From contig WRAS01000002.1 in the NCBI GenBank assembly GCA_009780065.1, positions 73,916 to 137,915 of the forward strand: 64,000 bases of DNA, written 5' to 3'. This document shows positions 35,785-44,563 of the stretch, in pieces; the stretch's first letter is position 1, and the number at the start of each line of letters is the position of its first letter. The notes below the pieces were generated by a model that worked only from the letters and a program-made list of their open reading frames with translations, ran no database searches and was not told where the DNA came from. The translations under genes and the position numbers were made by a program. Origin of the DNA: Bacillota bacterium (lineage in GTDB: Bacteria; Bacillota; Clostridia; Christensenellales; UBA1242).

Positions 35785-37581
35785 TTAGAACTTGCTATCC
35801 ATACTCTTAAAGTATTCTAATGCTTTTTGAAATCTGCAAAGGCTATAAGCCGAATATTCTTCCCCGCAACCTGCTTTTGCCAGCGCCCAACATGTCCAAA
35901 TAAAATCTGCGATATAACTCCAAGTCAAAATCTCAGATGCGCTAACTGAAGAATCATGTTCAACAATTTTCGCAATTACATCTTCCCTCTTCACATTTTG
36001 ATAAGTTTCTATTTCAGTTACCAGGTCACCAAAATCCCAATACTTTGACAATAACCCGGCATACTCGAAATCAATGATATAGTATTTATCACCATCCACC
36101 AAAATATTAACAGGTGCAATGTCACAGTGAGCAATTCCCAATTCATATTTTTTTGTACCGTCTTCATTATAAAGATAATTTAAAACAGATTTCCTTACGA
36201 AATCATACCCCTCTGGAAGTTTATCTTTTTTATATAATACCTCATATGCTTCTATTTCTGATTTAATAGAACGTTCCAAACCATGCTTGCATGAATAAAA
36301 CTTTTTCAGTAAATCAAGTACCTTACCAAGATCATCTTTTTCAAATGTAAACGTTCTTGCATTATCAATGTAATCAGTAATCTTTATTTTACAATCGTTA
36401 TAAAATTCTGTATGTGGACAACATCCCAAGCGAACCGCTTCGCTCGTATAAAATTTCTCCCTTTCTCGGTTAATAAATTTGTCTGTACCTTTACCTGCAA
36501 ATCTTAAAACCTTGGGCTTCCCTTGCCATGTTATTATATATGAAACATTTGTCATAGAGTCTTTCAGTTTCTCAAAGCACCCATCCTCGGATAACAACAT
36601 TGCAACCTTATCACACCCAAAAGCATGAATTAACCCATCGATGTTATTCATAATTTTATCTATATCTTCCCTGTTCCTGGGTTTAATTTCTTTGTATGAA
36701 CTATCAAATTCGCCAAGTTCTTGCACATTATCAAATTCCAATATGTTACCAGTTTGATCGTTTACATATATTTGTATGTCATCAAGGTGTCGAACCAAAA
36801 CGTCTTCCCAGAAAAAATTTTTAGACAGTGGCTGAGATAAATATTGTTGCAAATATTTTTTATATTTATTGGAAACTTCTTGTGTCAAATATGCCGGCCC
36901 CAGTAATCCAAAACAATCTTCTCCGCCAATTTTGATTTCCTTGATACGTCCAAACGAACCTTCTTCAACGCACCATTCATTGGTCGGTCCTGCGAAATAG
37001 TTACAGGCATACCAACTAACAGGCTCAAATTTATTAAATATATTATTTTCAATCCAGTTATCCTGGCAAATAATATAAGACGATGAAAGATATTCTGCAA
37101 CACAAGATATACTGTACAAGTTATTGTAATTTTTATAATCCAAGTTAAAAACTAATTTAACACCATACTTGCTTGCAAGGTAGTCAAAATTTCGACAAAG
37201 ATAACCCGTCACAACAATAATTTCTCTTATCCCTGCATCATGCAGTTGTTCTATTATCCTTTCAATCATTGGTGTACCTTTAACACGAACCAAACCTTTA
37301 GGCATTTGGTACGTCAATGGTGCCATTCGCGAACCAAATCCTGCCGCCAATATAATCGCATTTTTAACAGCAAATTTTTCAAGGTATTCTGTACCCTGGC
37401 TTGTCAATTTATACCCACATTCATTTTTCACCAAAAAATCTTTTGCATCTTTAATTGTTTTATTAACAACACCAATAGACACATTCATGGCTTTTGCCAA
37501 ATCGCGTTGCGTGATTTGTGGATTTTTCTTTATCTCCCGTAAAAGAAGACACATTGTTCTGCCTTTGTTCATACTTGTCAT
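35785..37581 (-). CDS. fusion protein: N-terminal wHTH, LicC-like nucleotidyltransferase and LicA-like choline/ethanolamine kinase
   Basis: AIILAAGFGSRMAPLTYQMPKGLV (NTP-transferase G-rich loop). HCDIAPVNILVDGDKYYIIDFEYAG (choline kinase Brenner/DFE motifs). N-terminal ITQRDLAKAMNVSIGVVNKTI. Confidence 0.8.
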   Translation of the reverse strand: MTSMNKGRTMCLLLREIKKNPQITQRDLAKAMNVSIGVVNKTIKDAKDFLVKNECGYKLTSQGTEYLEKFAVKNAIILAAGFGSRMAPLTYQMPKGLVRVKGTPMIERIIEQLHDAGIREIIVVTGYLCRNFDYLASKYGVKLVFNLDYKNYNNLYSISCVAEYLSSSYIICQDNWIENNIFNKFEPVSWYACNYFAGPTNEWCVEEGSFGRIKEIKIGGEDCFGLLGPAYLTQEVSNKYKKYLQQYLSQPLSKNFFWEDVLVRHLDDIQIYVNDQTGNILEFDNVQELGEFDSSYKEIKPRNREDIDKIMNNIDGLIHAFGCDKVAMLLSEDGCFEKLKDSMTNVSYIITWQGKPKVLRFAGKGTDKFINREREKFYTSEAVRLGCCPHTEFYNDCKIKITDYIDNARTFTFEKDDLGKVLDLLKKFYSCKHGLERSIKSEIEAYEVLYKKDKLPEGYDFVRKSVLNYLYNEDGTKKYELGIAHCDIAPVNILVDGDKYYIIDFEYAGLLSKYWDFGDLVTEIETYQNVKREDVIAKIVEHDSSVSASEILTWSYIADFIWTCWALAKAGCGEEYSAYSLCRFQKALEYFKSMDSKF

Positions 37582-37613
37582 AATACATTAAAAAATGAAC
37601 AATGGCAATAAGT

Positions 37614-39389
37614 TTATCTTATCCAATTATTTGTTGAACTGCACCATGTGAACGGCCATGGTGTTGCAGGCACCCAAAGTGGGTCCACAAGAGTCCTGCC
37701 ACTAATAGAAGCATGGTTAGAGACATTCCAACTTGAAAACGAAATATATCTGTTTGGACGTACATTTCTATCTCTTATATCAAAAAAGGAATTATCTTGC
37801 GGAACACCAGTAACAAGTTCCATAATTGTCGGCACGAAGTTCGTATTAGACCATGGAATATCCGTATTAATTTGTAATGGAACATGCGGTGCCCCGCTTT
37901 CTTTGATTAACAGTGATGTAGAAAATCTTGGTTTCTGACCAACTTCGTATCTATTACCTGGCCCCCCGTGATCCGACATCAATATAATTGTGGAATTATC
38001 AAAAATATCAAGACGCTTCATCTCTTGAAAATATGCATTTAAAAAGTTAAATACATCATACATTGCCGGCATAATTTCTAACGAATGTGGACCATTCATA
38101 TGAATGAAACTGAACGTGTTTCCTGGGCTCGTCGAAAGACCGATTGCATCTAATCTGCGATATAGATATGGGTCTGCATGCCTCCAAATACCATTTGGAA
38201 AATAATCTGGCGAATCGGTGCTAACAACATTTCGTATGCTATTAGGAAACCCTGTGTGTATCATATTTTTCATTGGATATGGTAAAATACGTTGCAATGT
38301 GAACCCCGCCATTGCCCATATAGCGAGTATTGAATTAACATCTCTTGCACTTTCATCTGGAAAAACTATGTTATCGAAATGAGGCACGACCTCGTCCACA
38401 TCGAAATATGTCGATGCCGCATCCAGCAACCCAATGCGTGACCAACCGTGAGATGCTAATTCATCATATAAAGTTGCATTATCCCACGAGTACCGCGAGA
38501 AATCTCTTCGTGTCCCCTCGCCAGATTCACCTACGAATGTGTAAAAACATGTACCACCAAGCAATGCAGGAAGACCCGGAAAGGTTTGCGGATACACCGA
38601 CAAAGCGTTTCGATAAAATGTAAAGCCATGGAAAAAATCTAACATGTGCGGATGTTCCACAAACATATTATCTGTTAACCAAATCGGCCAACGGTCAATT
38701 AAAAAAACAACGATGTTCTCGCTTTCGGACAAGTTAAGTACTTGGGTGGCAGAAAAATAAAAAAGTTGATTTGCTGATTTTTCCCCGACATCTCTAGATG
38801 CCGCAATAAGACCTATTCCCTGCATTGTAAATACAATGGCAGAACCAAATATTATTGCCCTGAAAAATATGTCTTTTTTAAGTATATTTTTAATTTTTGG
38901 AAGTCTATCAGCATATATAATACAAAGAGGTAACAAAAGTATCGCAATCCAAATAAGCATAGAAAGAACTTGCATCCCCGCACCCCATGGTTGATGACCT
39001 GCTGTATACGGGTGCATATCAGATACATAGTTTCCATTCAAAAAAAGAACCTGAAAATAACTGGCAAGCATAAAGCCAAATAATATCGCCAGAGTTATTT
39101 TAAACGCCCTCTTAGCATATTCTACCAATACCAACAACACATAAGTTAATACAACGAATATAACGAAGCCAGACAAAATGAATCCCCAAATCACCTCTCC
39201 TACTGTAAATCCAAAATTTCCTTGGTTTACAAAAATTACGTCCATTTGATTGAATAAGAAAAAATTGAACACAAACACAAAACCAAACACGATAATTAAA
39301 ATTACTTCGTTTTTTGTGATCTTTGTTTTAGACCTTTTCACTTTTGTCTCTTGCTCTGCCTTGTCTTTAATCGCAGTTACATCTTCCAT
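37614..39389 (-). CDS. LtaS/sulfatase-superfamily polytopic membrane transferase
   Basis: About 5-6 N-terminal TM helices and an extracellular alkaline-phosphatase-type domain with LMSDHGGPG. Confidence 0.75.
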   Translation of the reverse strand: MEDVTAIKDKAEQETKVKRSKTKITKNEVILIIVFGFVFVFNFFLFNQMDVIFVNQGNFGFTVGEVIWGFILSGFVIFVVLTYVLLVLVEYAKRAFKITLAILFGFMLASYFQVLFLNGNYVSDMHPYTAGHQPWGAGMQVLSMLIWIAILLLPLCIIYADRLPKIKNILKKDIFFRAIIFGSAIVFTMQGIGLIAASRDVGEKSANQLFYFSATQVLNLSESENIVVFLIDRWPIWLTDNMFVEHPHMLDFFHGFTFYRNALSVYPQTFPGLPALLGGTCFYTFVGESGEGTRRDFSRYSWDNATLYDELASHGWSRIGLLDAASTYFDVDEVVPHFDNIVFPDESARDVNSILAIWAMAGFTLQRILPYPMKNMIHTGFPNSIRNVVSTDSPDYFPNGIWRHADPYLYRRLDAIGLSTSPGNTFSFIHMNGPHSLEIMPAMYDVFNFLNAYFQEMKRLDIFDNSTIILMSDHGGPGNRYEVGQKPRFSTSLLIKESGAPHVPLQINTDIPWSNTNFVPTIMELVTGVPQDNSFFDIRDRNVRPNRYISFSSWNVSNHASISGRTLVDPLWVPATPWPFTWCSSTNNWIR

Positions 39390-39391
39390 TT

Positions 39392-41149
39392 CTATTTTTT
39401 CCTCCTGACTGCTCTGATTATATATGTTCCTGCTATTCTTGGTGTATCAGTAACATCGTACACCAATTTCTCTAACTCTTGCCTTGAATTTTTTATTTTT
39501 TCCAATTCTGCGATTATTTTTGGCATATCCTTGATGTCTTCCATGTCCACAGCAATACCTATTTTATTTCTAAGGGTAATATCTATCGGCTCCATTCCAT
39601 ATTTATCCCAATTTGGATTTAAAACTTTCATAGGCGTATTTATGAATATAGATGGCTTGTTAGTTGCGTATGAAAATTCATAAGCAACAGTGGACCAGTC
39701 CGTAACTAAAATATCTGCGGACAAAATACTCGTCTGGAAATCAAGTTGTAATTTGCTCTTATATTTTGCTTTTATTGCTTTTATCTTTAATGGAAAACGT
39801 TTAATGTATTCAGGGTGAGGTCGCAGCACAATATCATAATCCGTTTTACTCAGTCCCTGCATCAAATCATCCAAGCAAAAATCAAATATATTGTCTTTTT
39901 GCCAACTAGGCGCAATTATAATGGATTTCTTTTCCGTTTTTGCGGGTGGTGTATAATTTGCCCTCATCTCCTCGAAAAGCGGAAATCCAATATTAACTAG
40001 TTCCTTTTCCTTTGAACCATAAAATTTTTCAATTGCACGTAACTCTTCATTATAATTTGGTCCATAACAAAAAACCGTATCATAAAATTTCAATGGGTCT
40101 TGTTTAAGAACCATTGTCAAACTTCCAAACCCGTGGTCTATATACATATAGTTGACATCTTTGACAAGAGACCTTTTATATTGATATTTATGAAAATCTG
40201 GCAACGTCATAACACAAACCTTGCAATCCAATTTCATAAAGACAGAGATCAGTTTGTGCGGACCACAATAATACGCATGAAATCGTTTGTGCTTTATATT
40301 AAAAACTTGGTCATCAAAATCGCTTGTTAAATAATGAATATGAATATTCGAATTTTCCAGTATATTTTCAACCACATGCTTATAATATTTGTAAAATCCA
40401 CTTTTCTCAGAATAAAAGACCAACTCTTTATGTGCCGAATAAAATGCCCTTACGTCTTGTCTTTGTTTTGCCTTTTTACGTCTCCACAATGCCCACCCAA
40501 ACTTTTCAAGCGGCAATATTTCATATTTGACAAGTTTTTTAGGATTATATATCGCATTACATAACAATTGTACCCCTATCGCTGCCAAGTTACCGAAAAT
40601 CCAGAAAACTCCGAATCCTTCACTGCTTATTATCGTGAAATATAATGAAAACGCGGTTAAGAAAATTGCAAAACCCCATTTTGCAAAGAATTTCATTTGC
40701 TTTGCAAGAACGTTACATTTATTTTGTACGTAACACAGGGCAAATGCGGAAAGCGCAGATAATATAGGTAAAATAGGATCGCTCGGCAAGGCATACAGTT
40801 CACTCATACCACCAACTGCACGCATCACGGCAATAATAATCGGTAATTGTAACACAAGCGGAAGTATCGTAGAAATACTGTTATACTTTTCCCTTTTATA
40901 CAATGCCTTCGTCTGTCGTCGTATTGCTCGCCAATCCGCACCACCATAGTTACGAATGTCATCGGTGTATGGTTTAAGGTTTGCAAGTTTAATAGACTCT
41001 GCCTGCGCCCACAGAGACAAAGGGAAAAGAACTATCCTAGTAATAATCGCAAATATAAAAATAGCAAATACATAGTTACTAAAAGCCCCGGCCAACACTT
41101 CTATCAGCCATGCAATCGGATTTGTGATTATGATATCAAATATTCTCAT
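39392..41149 (-). CDS. fusion of a YidC/Oxa1-like insertase domain with a TagB/TagF-type CDP-glycerol glycerophosphotransferase domain
   Basis: N-terminus FAIFIFAIITRIVLFPLSLWAQAESIKLANLKPYTDDI...ILPLVLQLPIIIAVMRAV is YidC-like. C-terminus HPEYIKR...ILVTDWSTVAYEFSYATNKPSIF is TagF-like. Confidence 0.75.
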   Translation of the reverse strand: MRIFDIIITNPIAWLIEVLAGAFSNYVFAIFIFAIITRIVLFPLSLWAQAESIKLANLKPYTDDIRNYGGADWRAIRRQTKALYKREKYNSISTILPLVLQLPIIIAVMRAVGGMSELYALPSDPILPILSALSAFALCYVQNKCNVLAKQMKFFAKWGFAIFLTAFSLYFTIISSEGFGVFWIFGNLAAIGVQLLCNAIYNPKKLVKYEILPLEKFGWALWRRKKAKQRQDVRAFYSAHKELVFYSEKSGFYKYYKHVVENILENSNIHIHYLTSDFDDQVFNIKHKRFHAYYCGPHKLISVFMKLDCKVCVMTLPDFHKYQYKRSLVKDVNYMYIDHGFGSLTMVLKQDPLKFYDTVFCYGPNYNEELRAIEKFYGSKEKELVNIGFPLFEEMRANYTPPAKTEKKSIIIAPSWQKDNIFDFCLDDLMQGLSKTDYDIVLRPHPEYIKRFPLKIKAIKAKYKSKLQLDFQTSILSADILVTDWSTVAYEFSYATNKPSIFINTPMKVLNPNWDKYGMEPIDITLRNKIGIAVDMEDIKDMPKIIAELEKIKNSRQELEKLVYDVTDTPRIAGTYIIRAVRRKK

Positions 41150-41522
41150 TTATGTTTTCCTTAATGATATTCATCTGCTCTGCTACTTCAAATTCGATAC
41201 CATATTTGTCAATTAAAAATTCCAGTTTAGGGTCCAATTCCGACACAACAATTGTTATTTCACGAATTCCTTGGTCATTCAGTTCCTCCAACTTAACTTC
41301 GATTTCATCTGGGCTTAAATCATTTTCCAAAGTAAATATATATTTGTTCACAGAGTCGCACTCTTTCTTGTTAAAACCTTTTACAAACACTCCCCTGAAA
41401 AACAAAGTAACTTTTTTCCACCATATCCCAATGGCAAGCGAGAATGCAACAAACACACCCACTAAAATCTGCCATAAAATGGCAGTAGTCGCAGGATCAA
41501 TGTATGAAAATAAATTCGACAT
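41136..41522 (-). CDS. small membrane-anchored protein (first gene of the teichoic-acid-type operon)
   Basis: N-terminal TM helix ILWQILVGVFVAFSLAIGIWW. Overlaps the next gene by 14 nt. Confidence 0.55.
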   Translation of the reverse strand: MSNLFSYIDPATTAILWQILVGVFVAFSLAIGIWWKKVTLFFRGVFVKGFNKKECDSVNKYIFTLENDLSPDEIEVKLEELNDQGIREITIVVSELDPKLEFLIDKYGIEFEVAEQMNIIKENINENI

Positions 41523-41578
41523 AAATAAATTATACTTTTAATCAATTCGGAAATCAAGTAAAAACACCAAAAGACATT

Positions 41579-41965
41579 TCAATCATTCCCCCTATACTCT
41601 GGTTTGTCCCAGTTATTTCCGCACTGAAGCCCAAATTCAATTATATCAGTTAATTCTGCCACTTTATTATTTTTCATCATTGTCAAAAAAGTGAAAATCT
41701 TGTCATTGCAAAACTTGTTCAAAGTTTTCATATCTGCATCAGACAACTGGTCATTTGGACCAGCATGCATATCTTCCACCGGACCATTACGAAAGCAATA
41801 ATGCGTTAGCGCGTGAGAGATTTGCTCAAGCGAATATTTATTTACAATATCCATTCTCTCGAAAAACTTTTCCGTGGTTATACCGCGCTCTGCTGCCATA
41901 AAATCTAAAAATTCGCCCGCTTTCTTTAGTTGTGCAAAATACTTCTCCTTTTCTTTATCAGTCAT
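41579..41965 (-). CDS. small all-alpha protein, CFRNGPxEDxH family (paralog of 53031-53465)
   Basis: HYCFRNGPVEDMHA...LNKFCNDKIFTFL...NWDKPEY aligns with HFCFRNGPIEDIHA...LNKFCVNRIYSFF...DWDKPEF. ATGA overlap with the upstream HEPN-like gene. Confidence 0.6.
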   Translation of the reverse strand: MTDKEKEKYFAQLKKAGEFLDFMAAERGITTEKFFERMDIVNKYSLEQISHALTHYCFRNGPVEDMHAGPNDQLSDADMKTLNKFCNDKIFTFLTMMKNNKVAELTDIIEFGLQCGNNWDKPEYRGND

Positions 41966-42420
41966 TGCCCCTCCTTAGTCATTTTAAAAAATTCATAATC
42001 ATTCTCGTGTTTTTTCCAAATATGCCATACATCGTCATAGGCCTTGAAAAACTTTTGCGACATATCTCTCAACTCTTCAAAGATTTCCATTTCCTTATTC
42101 TTATCCTCCAATTCATCCACACCTAAACCATCAAAACATTCGTGACTTACGTAATTTCTGTTGTCCTTCAAATACTCTAGCAATTCAATTCCTTTATCCG
42201 TAAATACTCCGTATTTCTTTACTTCTTGAATAATCCCCTCAAGTGCAAGCCTTTTTATTTTAGATCTATCCTTGTCAAAAGTTTTCGAGTACCCCATTTC
42301 ATGGCGTATAAAAATCACTCTTTTCAATTTTAATTCAATCTTCTGAGCATGAAACATAGCATGGCCCATCATAGTCAAAATATTTATCGGTACACCTGTC
42401 ATCATTTCTTTCTCTTTCAT
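41962..42420 (-). CDS. small HEPN-like protein (Rx4H motif)
   Basis: LKDNRNYVSHECF contains R-x4-H in an all-alpha ~150 aa protein. The annotated first 12 codons overlap a TTGTTA-18-TATAAT promoter, so the ATG at 42420 is preferred. Confidence 0.55.
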   Translation of the reverse strand: MKEKEMMTGVPINILTMMGHAMFHAQKIELKLKRVIFIRHEMGYSKTFDKDRSKIKRLALEGIIQEVKKYGVFTDKGIELLEYLKDNRNYVSHECFDGLGVDELEDKNKEMEIFEELRDMSQKFFKAYDDVWHIWKKHENDYEFFKMTKEGQ

Positions 42421-42426
42421 GCACAC

Positions 42427-42456
42427 ATTATAACATTCCTCACAATAACTTAACAA
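42427..42456 (-). promoter_or_regulatory. promoter of the HEPN-like/CFRNGP pair (leaderless geometry)
   Basis: On the minus strand: TTGTTA (42456-42451), 18 nt spacer, TATAAT (42432-42427). The ATG follows 7 nt later. Confidence 0.45.
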
Positions 42457-42477
42457 GTCCAGCGGTTGATTCTTCTA

Positions 42478-43347
42478 CTAAATAACCTTATCCAGTTTTT
42501 TATCTATGTTACCAAATTCTTTCATACAATTTTCTATTAATACTCTATTAATACTTTTGACAGCATCAATACTCTCAGATTCACCAATATCAATTACTCT
42601 CTTATCTGCCCTTTTATATGCAGCCCCTTCATTCAATACACCCTGCATATCAGCATCGTCTATTTCGTAAACAACACACCACTTAGGAGTAAGCGGAAAA
42701 ATTATTTGTCTTTCATTTATCTTAATAACTGGATTATCACTTAAAACAAAATTGGTGTCATCCTTGACATACATGTAACAAACATCAAAATTTGAAAAAA
42801 GATTAATCAATCCCTCCATCGGTGTTGCCACTTCCTTCCCAGATTTTAATGTGCCTGTGAAAATTTGTTGCTTAAAATTGTCATCCACCAATATTTTATC
42901 AATTTCTTTTTCTATCCCCTCAAAGTTACCAAACTTTTCTGTCCACAATTCACAAGCCAAAGCAATCGCTATACCAAAGTTTTTCGTATTATTTTCATAA
43001 ATCCTAGAGTACTGCAAACTGGCAAGTCTATCAACAATCAATGCTTGTTTATTTTTATCCAAAAGATTTATTAATGACTTATACTCCCCTTTTGATTTTG
43101 GATACCCCTTGCCTAGGGTATTAATTATTTTTTTGAAATCAGTTTCATAATTATTGAGAAAATCCTCGATCTCATCGTTACTTCCATCCATATCATAGTA
43201 ATCCCTACCAGACATTTTATGCTCGCTATCTACATAATCGACAAAGTTATTTGCTTTATCAAAATAATAAATTTTTCTATCAGAATCCTCCCACGAACTT
43301 TGTAAAATTCTTGGAACATAATGACAGTTTCTAGTTCTATTTTGCAT
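42478..43347 (-). CDS. DUF4238 domain protein
   Basis: N-terminal NCHYVPRILQSSW matches the HYVPQFYL signature of DUF4238. The GGAG RBS favours the ATG at 43347. Confidence 0.65.
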   Translation of the reverse strand: MQNRTRNCHYVPRILQSSWEDSDRKIYYFDKANNFVDYVDSEHKMSGRDYYDMDGSNDEIEDFLNNYETDFKKIINTLGKGYPKSKGEYKSLINLLDKNKQALIVDRLASLQYSRIYENNTKNFGIAIALACELWTEKFGNFEGIEKEIDKILVDDNFKQQIFTGTLKSGKEVATPMEGLINLFSNFDVCYMYVKDDTNFVLSDNPVIKINERQIIFPLTPKWCVVYEIDDADMQGVLNEGAAYKRADKRVIDIGESESIDAVKSINRVLIENCMKEFGNIDKKLDKVI

Positions 43348-43490
43348 GACATTCATCTCCTTTTTTTGATTCATCAAATTTACCGAACATCTTCTCTACT
43401 ATATCTTGCAACAAACAAGTTAATGTCAACAGCATAATCTTGCTTAATCAACCTCTTTGTCTTTCTGATTTCGTTTTCTACATTCACAAG

Positions 43491-44411
43491 TCAAACACAT
43501 TGCAGCACATTTGCAACTTCTTCCCTTTTCTTGTGCGATGTCAAAATATCAATACAAAGTTTCATAACATTTGAAACATCTCTCATTGCCGACCGAGAAT
43601 CAAAGGAGCCGCTGTACGCAAACGGCTTCATACCCGTATAAGTTCCTTGGTAATCATACAATCTTCTCGAAGATGAATATGATACCTCGTAACCCCTACC
43701 TTCATGCATAAATTTATTTCTGTAATTATAAATACTTTCTAATGACTTTAACCTTTCGCATAACAAGCCATCATCACAAAATGAAGATGCGTATGACTTA
43801 ATTTCATCTAAAAGTCTTTCCTTCTTTTTAACACCAGCGTTTTTAAGGAAAATGGATTCTAACAATGCTGTTAGCACCAAAACTGCCGAGTCAATTTTCT
43901 CTATTGATGCAAATTCATATGCCGTATTAAATAATAATATTGCATTCCTCCACTTGTAAATTAAATTCCGTTTTTCATTGTTAGTATTTATATTGTCCAA
44001 GAAGCATGACTGCTTAAACAACCCAATAAGTTCTGCCGAAAGATGCATGTCTTTCTTAAAACCTTCAGTCCATATGTCTAGAAATGGGGAAAAGTTGAAC
44101 CTATACGAATACCCGTAACTATCTTCAAATGCTTTCGCCGAGCCTTTATAGTAGCATGTGTATGTATTTGCTGGGCGTAGTTTTCTGCCCAAAATACCCC
44201 AGTTTTCTCTTTGCTTATGCCTAAAATCAAGCATTCTGAAAATGGTAAAAACTCCCTCCACAATTCTGCCAGACTCTTCTTCTACTTTGTAATCATTGCT
44301 TTTTATAGTGATGCACAGTATTGGATAATTAAAAAAATTTTTGTCTTTTGCAGTCAATATGTGATCCGTAAGTAAAAGAGCACCTATCTCTTTTTCAAAA
44401 TGTTTCTCCAC
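43491..44411 (-). CDS. Apea-like HEPN domain protein (abortive-infection-like)
   Basis: C-terminal SIYNYRNKFMHEG (R-x4-H followed by E/G) in an alpha-helical domain. Confidence 0.6.
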   Translation of the reverse strand: MEKHFEKEIGALLLTDHILTAKDKNFFNYPILCITIKSNDYKVEEESGRIVEGVFTIFRMLDFRHKQRENWGILGRKLRPANTYTCYYKGSAKAFEDSYGYSYRFNFSPFLDIWTEGFKKDMHLSAELIGLFKQSCFLDNINTNNEKRNLIYKWRNAILLFNTAYEFASIEKIDSAVLVLTALLESIFLKNAGVKKKERLLDEIKSYASSFCDDGLLCERLKSLESIYNYRNKFMHEGRGYEVSYSSSRRLYDYQGTYTGMKPFAYSGSFDSRSAMRDVSNVMKLCIDILTSHKKREEVANVLQCV

Positions 44412-44563
44412 TTTAGTTTTGTGCTACTCTTTACCAACCGCATTCCACATTCCATAGGTCAAAAATAAATTAAAAATAGGGGTTTTGACTTGGTGAAACA
44501 TGGTGAGGTTGAAAATCGTAATAAATTTTCAGGTGAGATGTGAGTGAAACTGTGTGTGAAACT

